A stretch of DNA of 64,000 nucleotides from the IMG/VR virus record IMGVR_UViG_3300046171_000271, one strand, 5' to 3'. Source of the DNA: a virus. Its lineage: Duplodnaviria > Caudoviricetes. Positions 39,747 through 49,717 of this stretch are shown piece after piece. Numbering within the stretch: position 1 is the first letter of the stretch; each line of letters begins with the position of its first letter. The position numbers and the translations under genes are program-made. The notes beneath the pieces were generated by a model. That model saw only the letters and a list, made by a program, of their open reading frames with translations. It ran no database searches and was not told the DNA's origin.

Positions 39747-42241
39747 AGTTTTACACTAATGTTCAGCTGATCGGTAATCAGTTTCTAGTTCGTGGAGTTG
39801 AAGATGGAAAGAGGTTTGAAGTTAGAGATAGTGAATTCTGTCCTACTCTTTTTGTCAATAGTAAAAGAGAAACCAAGTACAAAACGCTGAATGGTGAAAG
39901 TGTAGAACCAATTAAACCAGGACAAGTTCGCGACTGTCGCGACTTTTATAAAAAGTATCAAGATGTAGATGGTTTTTCCATTTATGGTAATGATCGATAT
40001 ATCTATCAGTATATTTCAGAAAAGTATCCTGAAGATGAAGTTAAGTTTGATATTAGTAAAATTAAACTAGTAACTCTTGATATTGAAACAACTGCAGAGC
40101 ATGGATTTCCAAATGTAGAATCTGCTTCTGAAGAGATTTTGGCGATCACAATTCAAGACTATACCAGCAAGGAAATCATTACTTGGGGTGTAAAACCTTT
40201 TATTAATAAACAGAAGAATGTAACTTATCGGTATTGCTCAACAGAACATCAACTTCTTAATGATTTTATCAATCATTGGATGCAAGATGTACCTGATGTT
40301 ATTACTGGTTGGAATATTCAACTATTCGATATTCCTTATATCTGCAAACGCCTTAATAGAGTTCTTGGTGAGAAATTAATGAAGCGATTCTCACCTTGGG
40401 GACTTGTGACTGAAGGTGAGATGTATATTCAAGGACGTAAACACATCACATATGATGTTGGTGGAGTCACTCAACTTGATTACCTTGATCTATATAAAAA
40501 GTTTACTTATAAGGCACAGGAATCATATCGTCTTGATTATATTGCCAGTGTTGAACTGGGACAAAAGAAACTTGATCACTCTGAGTATGATACGTTCAAA
40601 GATTTTTATACTCATGGATGGCAAAAGTTTATTGAATATAACATTGTTGACGTAGAACTTGTTGATAGGTTAGAGGATAAGATGAAACTTATCGAATTAG
40701 CCTTGACTATGGCATACGATGCCAAGGTGAATTATAACGATGTGTTCTATCAAGTTCGTATGTGGGATAACATCATTTATAACTATTTAAAGAAGAGGGA
40801 TATTGTTATTCCTCAGAAACGCCAGACGGACAAGAACGAAAAGTACGCAGGTGCTTATGTCAAAGAACCGATTCCTGGAAAGTATGATTGGGTTGTTAGT
40901 TTCGATCTTAACAGTCTCTACCCTCATCTTATTATGCAATACAATATCTCACCAGAGACTCTTCTTGAGGAGAAACATCCAACAGCAACAGTTGATAGAA
41001 TTCTTAATGAAGAGATAAATTTTGAACTCTACAAGGACAATGCGATTTGTGCTAATGGCGCAATGTACCGCAAAGATGTTCGTGGGTTCTTGCCGGAATT
41101 GATGGAGAAAATGTATGGAGATCGTGTCGTCTTCAAGAAAAAGATGCTTGCTGCCAAACAGCAGTATGAGAAGACGCCTACTGTTGCACTTGAAAAAGAA
41201 ATCGCTCGATGTAACAACATTCAAATGGCGAAGAAGATTTCTCTTAACTCTGCTTATGGTGCTATTGGTAATCAATACTTCAGGTATTACAAACTAGCAA
41301 ACGCAGAAGCAATCACATTGTCTGGACAGGTATCAATCCGTTGGATTGAACAAAAGATGAACAAATATCTAAATAATCTGTTAAAAACAGAAGACGAGGA
41401 CTATGTCATCGCATCAGACACTGATTCTATCTATCTTAATATGGGATCTGTTGTTGATAAATTTTTTGCTAATTGCTCTGGCGACAAAGCAAAGATTGTG
41501 GAGTTACTTGATATGGTTTGCCGTGACAAACTGGAACCGTACATCGACGAGTGTTACCAGAACTTGGCGAACTATGTATCGGCATATGATCAAAAGATGC
41601 AAATGAAGCGTGAGAATATTGCTGATCGTGGTATCTGGACTGCGAAGAAGCGATATATTCTTAACGTGTGGGATAGTGAGGGTGTTCGTTATGAAGAACC
41701 CAAACTAAAAGTCATGGGTATTGAATCAGTTAAATCATCTACACCGGCTCCTTGCCGTAAAATGTTGAAAGATGCCTTCAAGATTCTTATGACTGGTAGT
41801 GAAGATGAGATGATCAAGTTTATTGATTCTAGTCGTGATCAGTTCAAAAAACTTCCACCTGAAGAAGTATCTTTCCCACGATCTGTATCTGATGTAGTAA
41901 AGTATAAATCACATTCAAGTATCTATAATAAAGGAACTCCGATTCATGCGCGGGGAGCACTTCTTTATAATCATTATATTGTGAAAAATAAACTAGATGC
42001 TAAGTATTCTTTGATTCAGAATGGAGAGAAAATCAAGTTCTGTTATTTAAAGAAACCAAATCATATTCATGAGAATGTCATCTCATTCATTCAAGATTTT
42101 CCTAAGGAATTAAATCTTGACAAGTACGTTGACTACGACTTACAATTTGAAAAGTCGTTCCTCGAACCTCTGAAAGCAATCTTAGATGCTATTGGATGGA
42201 GTGTGGAAAAAACTGTAAACCTAGAACTTTTCTTTGGATAA
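39743..42241 (+). CDS. gp43: Family B DNA polymerase
   Basis: LDIET exonuclease motif, SFDLNSLYP, KISLNSAYG, ASDTDS. Confidence 0.99.
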   Translation: MKFYTNVQLIGNQFLVRGVEDGKRFEVRDSEFCPTLFVNSKRETKYKTLNGESVEPIKPGQVRDCRDFYKKYQDVDGFSIYGNDRYIYQYISEKYPEDEVKFDISKIKLVTLDIETTAEHGFPNVESASEEILAITIQDYTSKEIITWGVKPFINKQKNVTYRYCSTEHQLLNDFINHWMQDVPDVITGWNIQLFDIPYICKRLNRVLGEKLMKRFSPWGLVTEGEMYIQGRKHITYDVGGVTQLDYLDLYKKFTYKAQESYRLDYIASVELGQKKLDHSEYDTFKDFYTHGWQKFIEYNIVDVELVDRLEDKMKLIELALTMAYDAKVNYNDVFYQVRMWDNIIYNYLKKRDIVIPQKRQTDKNEKYAGAYVKEPIPGKYDWVVSFDLNSLYPHLIMQYNISPETLLEEKHPTATVDRILNEEINFELYKDNAICANGAMYRKDVRGFLPELMEKMYGDRVVFKKKMLAAKQQYEKTPTVALEKEIARCNNIQMAKKISLNSAYGAIGNQYFRYYKLANAEAITLSGQVSIRWIEQKMNKYLNNLLKTEDEDYVIASDTDSIYLNMGSVVDKFFANCSGDKAKIVELLDMVCRDKLEPYIDECYQNLANYVSAYDQKMQMKRENIADRGIWTAKKRYILNVWDSEGVRYEEPKLKVMGIESVKSSTPAPCRKMLKDAFKILMTGSEDEMIKFIDSSRDQFKKLPPEEVSFPRSVSDVVKYKSHSSIYNKGTPIHARGALLYNHYIVKNKLDAKYSLIQNGEKIKFCYLKKPNHIHENVISFIQDFPKELNLDKYVDYDLQFEKSFLEPLKAILDAIGWSVEKTVNLELFFG

Positions 42242-42411
42242 TGGATTTGCCAATCAATGATAAAGAACTTGCTACTATCGTTAGTGCATTACGATTGGGC
42301 GGTGACGCAGCACTTTATCAAAAATTGAATAAAATAAAAGAGATCCGTGATGCTAACCCAGGCGGCCCTTATAAGAAAATTGCTCGTGAAGAATTTGGAT
42401 TTGTAATTTAA
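42241..42411 (+). CDS. Small hypothetical protein
   Basis: MDLPINDKELATIVSALRLGGD...; overlaps both flanking stop/start codons. Confidence 0.65.
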   Translation: MDLPINDKELATIVSALRLGGDAALYQKLNKIKEIRDANPGGPYKKIAREEFGFVI

Positions 42412-43418
42412 TGGATTTTTTAAAAGAAATTGTAAAAGAGATTGGAAATGAACATACCAAACTCGCAAGAGACATCGATGACACTGAGCGATATGTGGAC
42501 ACGGGTTCTTACATCTTTAACGCCCTTTGCTCAGGGAGTATATTTGGTGGTGTATCTGGGAATAAGATTACTGCCATTGCTGGCGAGTCTAGCACTGGTA
42601 AAACTTTCTTTAGTTTGGCCGTTGTCAAGAACTTCCTTGATTCTAATCCTGATGGGTATTGTTTATATTTTGATACTGAAGCCGCTGTTAACAAGTCTCT
42701 TCTCGCAGATAGGGGTTTAGATCTTGATCGTATTGCTATTGTCAATGTTGTTACGATTGAGGAGTTTAGGAGTAAAGCACTAAAGGCAGTTGATCTTTAC
42801 TTAAAAAAATCAGTAGATGAACGCAAACCTTGCATGTTTGTGCTAGACTCTCTGGGGATGCTTTCTACTGAGAAGGAGATTGCAGACGTTTTGAATGATA
42901 AGCAAGTTCGTGACATGACTAAGTCACAACTTGTCAAAGGTGCATTCAGGATGTTGACTCTGAAACTGGGGCAAGCAAACATTCCTATGATCGTTACTAA
43001 TCATACTTACGATGTTATTGGTGCTTATGTTCCAACTAAAGAAATGGGTGGAGGTTCTGGACTCAAGTACGCCGCCTCTTCTATCATCTACTTGTCTAAG
43101 AAAAAAGAAAAGGATGGAACTGAAATCGTTGGAAATCTTATCAAGGCAAAGACTGCTAAGTCGCGTTTAAGTAAGGAGAACAAGGATGTTACTGTTCGTC
43201 TTTACTATGATAATCGTGGTTTGGATCGCTACTATGGTTTGCTTGAGTTGGGAGAACTTGGTGGACTTTGGAAGAATGTGGCTGGACGCTATGAAATAGA
43301 CGGTAAGAAAGTCTATGCCAAAGCAATTTATAAAGATCCAGAAACATATTTCACTCCAGAAGTGATGGAAAAATTAGAAGAGATTGCAAAACAGGAGTTT
43401 AGTTATGGACAATGTTGA
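42411..43418 (+). CDS. uvsX: RecA-like recombinase
   Basis: GESSTGKT, FDTE, LDSLG, NHTY, MGGGSG. Confidence 0.96.
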   Translation: MDFLKEIVKEIGNEHTKLARDIDDTERYVDTGSYIFNALCSGSIFGGVSGNKITAIAGESSTGKTFFSLAVVKNFLDSNPDGYCLYFDTEAAVNKSLLADRGLDLDRIAIVNVVTIEEFRSKALKAVDLYLKKSVDERKPCMFVLDSLGMLSTEKEIADVLNDKQVRDMTKSQLVKGAFRMLTLKLGQANIPMIVTNHTYDVIGAYVPTKEMGGGSGLKYAASSIIYLSKKKEKDGTEIVGNLIKAKTAKSRLSKENKDVTVRLYYDNRGLDRYYGLLELGELGGLWKNVAGRYEIDGKKVYAKAIYKDPETYFTPEVMEKLEEIAKQEFSYGQC

Positions 43419-44778
43419 GTTTCTAATTCTTAGAAACCTACTTCATAATGAGGAATATGTCCGTAAGGTAATTCCATTTATCAAAGCAGATTACTTTGAG
43501 AATCGTAGTCAAAAAATTGTCTATGAAGAAACTCTCAAGTTCGTAGAACAATATAATAAACCAGTCACCAAAGAGATTCTTTGTATTGAAACAGAGAAGC
43601 GTCAGGATATTACTGATGGTGACTATAAAGAAATTACTCAACTCATTTCTTCACTAGAAGAAGCACCTACTGAGTTTGAATGGTTGGTGTCTACCACTGA
43701 AAAGTGGTGTCGTGATCGTGCTATCTATCTGGCACTGATGGAGTCCATCTCTATTGCCGATGGACAGGATGAAAAGAAAAATCGGGATGCTATCCCAACT
43801 ATTCTTTCCGATGCCCTTGCAGTGTCATTTGACACCCATGTGGGGCATGATTATCTTCAAGATTATGAGGCACGTTATGAGTCCTACCACAAGAAAGAAG
43901 ACAAAGTTGAATTCGACTTGGAGTACTTCAACAAAATTACAAAGGGAGGTTTACCGAATAAAACGCTTAATATTGCTCTTGCTGGCACTGGCGTCGGTAA
44001 ATCTTTGTTTATGTGCCATTGTGCGGCTGCATCTTTACTTGGTGGGAAAAATGTCTTATATATCACGGCTGAAATGGCTGAGGAAAAGATTGCAGAACGA
44101 ATTGACGCTAACTTGCTCAACGTCCCTATCCAAGAAATCTCAGATTTACCTAAAATGATTTATGAGAGTAAGGTAACAAAACTCTCAGAAAAAACACAAG
44201 GAACTCTAATTATTAAGGAATATCCTACTGCTACTGCTCATGCAGGACATTTCCGTGGTTTGCTTAATGAACTCGCTATTAAAAAATCATTTCGTCCTGA
44301 CATTATTTTCATTGATTACCTTAATATATGTGCTTCCTCTAGGTATCGCGGAAATCTTTCTGTCAATTCATATAGCTATATCAAGGCTATTGCTGAAGAA
44401 CTTAGAGGCCTCGCTGTCGAAGCGAACGTACCTATCGTATCTGCCACCCAGACTACCCGTTCTGGTTATGGTAGCTCTGATGTTGAGCTTACTGATACTA
44501 GTGAGTCCTTTGGCTTGCCTGCTACTGCTGATTTTATGTTTGCCCTTATTTCAACTGATGAGCTTGAAGAACTCGGGCAAATTATGGTAAAGCAGTTGAA
44601 AAATCGATACAATGATCCAACTGTGTATAAGCGTTTTATTGTTGGTATTGATCGTGCAAAAATGCGTCTTTATGATTGCGAGCAAACTGCTCAGTCTGAT
44701 ATGGTTGACAGTGGGCAGGAAGAGGAGTATACTTACGAAGATAAACCTAAGAAATCATTTGATGGGTTCAAATTCTAA
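43405..44778 (+). CDS. gp41: Replicative DnaB-like helicase
   Basis: AGTGVGKS, IFIDYL, SATQTTR, SESFGLPATAD, KQLKNRY. Confidence 0.97.
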   Translation: MDNVEFLILRNLLHNEEYVRKVIPFIKADYFENRSQKIVYEETLKFVEQYNKPVTKEILCIETEKRQDITDGDYKEITQLISSLEEAPTEFEWLVSTTEKWCRDRAIYLALMESISIADGQDEKKNRDAIPTILSDALAVSFDTHVGHDYLQDYEARYESYHKKEDKVEFDLEYFNKITKGGLPNKTLNIALAGTGVGKSLFMCHCAAASLLGGKNVLYITAEMAEEKIAERIDANLLNVPIQEISDLPKMIYESKVTKLSEKTQGTLIIKEYPTATAHAGHFRGLLNELAIKKSFRPDIIFIDYLNICASSRYRGNLSVNSYSYIKAIAEELRGLAVEANVPIVSATQTTRSGYGSSDVELTDTSESFGLPATADFMFALISTDELEELGQIMVKQLKNRYNDPTVYKRFIVGIDRAKMRLYDCEQTAQSDMVDSGQEEEYTYEDKPKKSFDGFKF

Positions 44779-45062
44779 TGTGCGGTTATTATTCTGTATT
44801 CAATTCCTATCATAAAAAAATTGCTGATTGTGGATCTGAGAGAGATGCTCTCTTTCTTATTCATAGTCGCAATAAAATTTGTGATGGACATTACTACACT
44901 TTTAATCCCCTTCCAGGCGATATAGTTAACATAAAAACCGTAAATCAACTTCCTACCAAAGACATCGTTGTTAATATGGATGGCGGTGTTGGTGGTAGTT
45001 GGAAAGAAATATCACTTACTGAAAATTTTCAAGAACCATTCATTCCTGATTATCACGACTAA
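44778..45062 (+). CDS. Hypothetical protein
   Basis: Coupled ORF between gp41 and mazG. Confidence 0.55.
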   Translation: MCGYYSVFNSYHKKIADCGSERDALFLIHSRNKICDGHYYTFNPLPGDIVNIKTVNQLPTKDIVVNMDGGVGGSWKEISLTENFQEPFIPDYHD

Positions 45063-45070
45063 AGAAAATT

Positions 45071-45463
45071 ATGAACAACTACGTTGATTTTGTTAAGCAA
45101 ACTACTAGTGAACCAAGTCTTGATTATGGTTCAATGGCATCACGTCTTGCAGAACTTGAAGTAACAGGAACTAATACCACACAACTTCTTACTGCTGCAC
45201 TTGGTTTAACTGCTGAATCTGGAGAGTTTACTGAAGTTGTAAAGAAGATTGTCTTCCAGGGTAAACCTTATAATGAAGAAAATGTATTTCATATGAAGCG
45301 TGAACTTGGAGATATCTGCTGGTATCTTGCTCAAGCGTTCATGGCACTTGATACTAATTTTGATGAGATTCTTGATATGAATATTGAGAAACTCTCTGCC
45401 CGATACCCCGAAGGAACATTCAATGCATACTATTCTGAAAATCGTAAGGAGGGAGATCTGTGA
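45071..45463 (+). CDS. mazG: MazG-like NTP pyrophosphohydrolase
   Basis: GLTAESGEFTEVVKK...ELGDICWY...NIEKLSARYP. Confidence 0.95.
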   Translation: MNNYVDFVKQTTSEPSLDYGSMASRLAELEVTGTNTTQLLTAALGLTAESGEFTEVVKKIVFQGKPYNEENVFHMKRELGDICWYLAQAFMALDTNFDEILDMNIEKLSARYPEGTFNAYYSENRKEGDL

Positions 45464-45687
45464 TTGAATTTGATGATATGGAACTCATGCAACTTAAGTT
45501 TTGCATGGATCAAACCAAAAATCAAATGTCTATGGGTGGAGAAATTCGCCGTCATGCATCTATCTGTGAAAAGGTAGAAGCGGAAATGAATCTTCGTAAG
45601 CAAAAGACAGGTGCTTACACTAAAGAGAAAGTTCTCCGAGATCTTGAAGAACAAATTAAAATGATGCAGAAAAATTTAGGAAAATGA
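45460..45687 (+). CDS. Hypothetical protein
   Basis: GTG start with SD GGAGGGAG. Confidence 0.6.
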   Translation: MIEFDDMELMQLKFCMDQTKNQMSMGGEIRRHASICEKVEAEMNLRKQKTGAYTKEKVLRDLEEQIKMMQKNLGK

Positions 45688-45842
45688 TTGATCTTAAACT
45701 TACTTCTGAACAAGCATCTGCTCTTCGTTATGCATTATATCTTCATACAAGAGAAGATTCATATGAATTTCCATCTTCTCGTGTTGTATTACTTAGACAA
45801 GTAATTGACGCATTAGATGGTTTAATTGAAAAAAATACATAG
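45684..45842 (+). CDS. Small hypothetical protein
   Basis: My translation: MIDLKLTSEQASALRYALYLHTREDSYEFP..., 52 aa; ATGA overlap. Confidence 0.55.
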   Translation: MIDLKLTSEQASALRYALYLHTREDSYEFPSSRVVLLRQVIDALDGLIEKNT

Positions 45843-45852
45843 AGTATAACAA

Positions 45853-46074
45853 ATGAAATTATTAACACTTGAAGACTATCAAAAAGCAGGAGAAACATTT
45901 TGGCCTAAGTATTGGTATGTTTCCAAAGAACTTGGAGAAGGTGCTAAGGCAGAAGACATCTTGAAAGTTATGGAAGCAGTTGGTGGTGTTGCACTGAAAC
46001 TTGCACTAGAAAAGAAAGAAGGCCCATTTGGATTCAACAAAAAGGAGGAAAATGACGAATCAAGCACAGACTGA
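45853..46074 (+). CDS. Hypothetical protein
   Basis: MKLLTLEDYQKAGETFWPKYWYV... Confidence 0.7.
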   Translation: MKLLTLEDYQKAGETFWPKYWYVSKELGEGAKAEDILKVMEAVGGVALKLALEKKEGPFGFNKKEENDESSTD

Positions 46075-46309
46075 TCAAGAAATCAAAATTCCAGAAGGAT
46101 CGGAACTGATTGATGAAGCATTCTATGTGTGGAAAACACGCTTCGGACTTCATAGCACGATGACAGTTCAGGGCAGAAAAATGCTTACCGGATTAAAAAA
46201 AGAAGATGTCATTGAAATGACTAGATGGCATCTTAAGTGTGAAATCGACGGAACTCTTGATGATTATAGTCGTGTGATTGGATCTGCTGTTGTTGGAGGC
46301 AAACTCTAA
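46052..46309 (+). CDS. Hypothetical protein
   Basis: ATG 46052 after SD AAGGAGG; FYVWKTRFGL...SVVGGKL-like tail. Confidence 0.7.
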   Translation: MTNQAQTDQEIKIPEGSELIDEAFYVWKTRFGLHSTMTVQGRKMLTGLKKEDVIEMTRWHLKCEIDGTLDDYSRVIGSAVVGGKL

Positions 46310-46325
46310 ATAATTAAAAAGGATA

Positions 46326-48215
46326 ATGGAAAAATTATCATCATATACAGTTAATACTTTCAATCAAGAACTATTGCAATGTGTTGCTATATCATTCTTT
46401 ATAAAAAATAAAGAAGCAACACAAAACGATTTTTCTGAATATATTGAAAATAACTTTTCTGAAAATAAAGATGATGATAATATTTTAAATGGAATAAATG
46501 CAGAATATGACAAAAGAACTAACTTAGGGATTTTTAATACGACTTCTAAAACTGGAATTAGTTGGATAAAATCCTCTGTCGATATTGCAAAATTCCTAAT
46601 ATCTAAATTTAATTTGGATAATCAATATAAAGTTTATCACCAAAAATCCAAATTTGGTAGAATGATAAAAGAAGAATGCATTAATAGAATTGTAAATGAT
46701 TTAGACTTAGCAAAATATTCCAAAGAACCCGATGTTTACAATCCTACGGATATTTGGATTGTTAGAGAATCCAAAGCAAACATTATTGAAAAGACATTAA
46801 GGGAAAAAATAATAGATGCTCCTACTGGAATAGTAACAAAAAATTATATAAGCAATAGAAATACATATAAATCGATTATTGGTTCTTTTTTTAAAACGGG
46901 AGATTTGTACCAAATTTCTTTGAAAAAAGCATCACCTTCGGGTAATGTAAAATACAGAATGATTGGATCTTTATATGGTATACCATCTAAAGATGTAGAT
47001 CCTTATACTAAATTTATTTCAATATTAGATGATATATTGAAGGAGAGAAATAAGCAAAAATTTTTTGATTTCATTAGTGATTTAGTTTTACTTAGGAAAA
47101 TAAATTATACAGATGAAGTACTTCAACCAAATGTTACCTTTACCCTTAGATATGGGCAATTGGATGTTGGTGATCAGATTTTAGGTGAAAATGAAAACTG
47201 GAAATTAGATACTCCTGGTAATACATTTAATATGCAAAAAATTGGAGGAACAGCATGGAGTGGTGGATTAAATTTTAATGGCATTCACTTGGCATTAAAA
47301 AATTATACAAAATATATGCCAGTGTTTCGAGAAATGAAAAAATTGAGATACAAAAGTTTTGAGGAATTATATTCTCAACTTTTTCCAGGAAAAAGAGTTC
47401 CTGAAAATATAAAAGGTATTTTACTAAGAAAAGACGAAATAATTTATAAAAAAGATGATTTAAATGCAATAAAAAAAAGTTTAAATAATGAAGAAAATTA
47501 TAAACATTTTTTGGCAGAAGCAATAAAAAAACTTTCTAATCCATATAGAGGAGAAAAATCATTGTATGGAATTACTTCTGTTGGATCTATGAATATTGGA
47601 GAGTCAAAAATTAGTAAGTTAAAAGATGGACAAGATGCCATAGCACTTTCAATTAATCCAATTGAGAGGGGAGATAGTATTATTACTTATAGTGATAAAG
47701 TAAATTATAAGTCAATAAATGCAAGAAATTCATCTTTTAATAAAATAAGAACGAATGATGTAGTTTTTATCCGAAAAGTAAATGATAGGGGTAATGATAC
47801 TTCTGTAAGTGCTGTAAAAACAAGAGTCAAGAGTATTGATATCAGAAAGAAAAAAATCACACTTTCCAAATCAATAAATGCTAATGCTAGTGGAAATTTA
47901 ATTGCAGTCATTTTTAATCCAGTACAATCTAACATTTTGTCAGATAAAAAGTTGAGAAGTATTGATACAAAAATATTAGAGCAAAAGTTTTCAAAATTAC
48001 AACCTTTTTGGATGTTTATGAGAGGTGGGCCTCAACAATTAAGAGATTTTTTTAAGAAGCAAATAGTTTTGACAATTTATGGATTAGTATCTAAAAAAGG
48101 TGGAAAAATATTTGAGCATAATTTTGCTGAAGGAGAAACCATAGGATCTAAACTAACAACTAAAAATGCTTTAGATAAATTCATCATTCCACAATTTTCA
48201 ATAGTTGGCGATTGA
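46326..48215 (+). CDS. AT-rich protein with putative PD-(D/E)xK nuclease domain
   Basis: YNPTDIWIV...LYQISLKK; visibly more A/T-rich and Ile/Lys/Asn-biased than the flanks. Confidence 0.6.
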   Translation: MEKLSSYTVNTFNQELLQCVAISFFIKNKEATQNDFSEYIENNFSENKDDDNILNGINAEYDKRTNLGIFNTTSKTGISWIKSSVDIAKFLISKFNLDNQYKVYHQKSKFGRMIKEECINRIVNDLDLAKYSKEPDVYNPTDIWIVRESKANIIEKTLREKIIDAPTGIVTKNYISNRNTYKSIIGSFFKTGDLYQISLKKASPSGNVKYRMIGSLYGIPSKDVDPYTKFISILDDILKERNKQKFFDFISDLVLLRKINYTDEVLQPNVTFTLRYGQLDVGDQILGENENWKLDTPGNTFNMQKIGGTAWSGGLNFNGIHLALKNYTKYMPVFREMKKLRYKSFEELYSQLFPGKRVPENIKGILLRKDEIIYKKDDLNAIKKSLNNEENYKHFLAEAIKKLSNPYRGEKSLYGITSVGSMNIGESKISKLKDGQDAIALSINPIERGDSIITYSDKVNYKSINARNSSFNKIRTNDVVFIRKVNDRGNDTSVSAVKTRVKSIDIRKKKITLSKSINANASGNLIAVIFNPVQSNILSDKKLRSIDTKILEQKFSKLQPFWMFMRGGPQQLRDFFKKQIVLTIYGLVSKKGGKIFEHNFAEGETIGSKLTTKNALDKFIIPQFSIVGD

Positions 48216-48234
48216 TAAAATATTATTATGAGAG

Positions 48235-48263
48235 TTGACATGGAGGGAAGGTTTGTGTATGAT
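48235..48263 (+). promoter_or_regulatory. sigma70-type promoter TTGACA-17-TATGAT
   Basis: Direct read. Confidence 0.75.
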
Positions 48264-48288
48264 GTACCCAAGCACTAAAACCATCCCA

Positions 48289-48447
48289 ATGAAGTCTGAC
48301 TATTATGCAGATGTGTTTGATATGTCTGGAGTTCTAGTTTGTAAAAGAGTGTATGTTGGTAAATATAAATCAAAAACTTGGGCAATGAAAAAAGTTTGTT
48401 CCATGTATCCAGATTATCATGACTTTGATCTTTATGTGGGTATGTAA
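48289..48447 (+). CDS. Small hypothetical protein
   Basis: MKSDYYADVFDMSG..., downstream of the promoter at 48235. Confidence 0.5.
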   Translation: MKSDYYADVFDMSGVLVCKRVYVGKYKSKTWAMKKVCSMYPDYHDFDLYVGM

Positions 48448-48453
48448 TTAATC

Positions 48454-48461
48454 TATAAATA
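48454..48461 (+). promoter_or_regulatory. T4-type late promoter TATAAATA
   Basis: Exact consensus upstream of ATG 48485. Confidence 0.75.
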
Positions 48462-48484
48462 ATGTATAAGGATCAACAATATAG

Positions 48485-49710
48485 ATGAAAAGTTTCTTTC
48501 AGTTCCTTAGTGAGGCAGAAACAGAAGCCGCATCACAGGCAAGAAAACTTGGTTTGAAAGGCGACGGACATGGCGGTTGGGTAAATCGTGCTGGAGAGTT
48601 TGTCGCCAAAACTGTTGACGGGAAACTTAAATTCTTTAATAAGAATCAAAAACCTGGAAGGGATCCAGATCAAACTCCCAATACAAAAAAGGTTGAACCT
48701 AAATTAAAAGTTAAAACAATGTCTGTGGATAAGGCTCCACAGAAAGATAAGAAGAAAGATGGAGATGAAGCAGAGAAAGTTATAGGTAGTGACACACTTA
48801 CCCTTGCTTTTGGTAGATTTAATCCACCAACTGTTGGTCATGGAAAACTTTTAAGTGCTGCTAAGAAAGCAGCAGCAGGTGGTGATTTGGCAATTTATCC
48901 ATCCAGAACTCAAGATCCTAAGAAGAATCCATTGGATCCTGATATGAAGATTTCTTTTATGAAAAAAATGTTCCCTGAATATGCGGATGACATTATAAAT
49001 GATGCTGAAATGATATCCATTTTTAATGTTCTTGGTGCAGCAGCTGAAGGTGGATATAAGAATGTTAATATTGTTGTAGGGTCTGATCGTCAATCTGAAT
49101 TTGACAATCTAGCACAAAAGTATAATGGAGAATTGTATAATTTTGAAATGATTAATGTAATCTCTGCGGGAGTTCGTGATGCAGACTCTTCAGGTGTAGA
49201 AGGAATGTCTGCATCTAAGATGAGAAAAGCAGTTGTTGATGATGACTTTGCTGCATTCCGCAAAGGAACACCAAAGGAACTTGATGATGGTGATACTACA
49301 GCACTATTTGATGCAGTTCGTTCTGGTATGGGTATTAAGAAAAAGAAAGAAGTTAAGGAGATGTGGGAGATTGCACCTAAGTATGACCCCAAAGGTCTAA
49401 GAGATAATTACATTTCTGGTAACATATTTAACCTTGGCGATATTGTTGAAAACTTAAACACTGGTTTAATTGGTGAGATTGTTCGTCGTGGAACAAATCA
49501 TCTTATCTGTGTAACTAAAGAAAACTATATGTTTAAGTCCTGGATTACGTGATGTGATGGAAGCAGTAGAAAATATCATGGACCATCATGGGGTTCCTGC
49601 AAATCAAAGACTTAGTTGGAACTGATTCTCATCGTGAAGTATGCTATGAGAATACAGGTACTTCTGGTATAAAGAATTTCATAAATAAGTATAAGAAAAA
49701 GAAGTCGTAG
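48485..49710 (+). CDS. HIGH-motif cytidylyl/nucleotidyltransferase-like protein (apparent indels from about 49547)
   Basis: FGRFNPPTVGHGKL, VVGSDR, MSASKMR. The tail (W-RDVMEAV...GTDSHR...IKNFINKYKKKKS) continues in shifted frames to TAG at 49708-49710. Confidence 0.85.
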
Positions 49711-49717
49711 TATTCCA

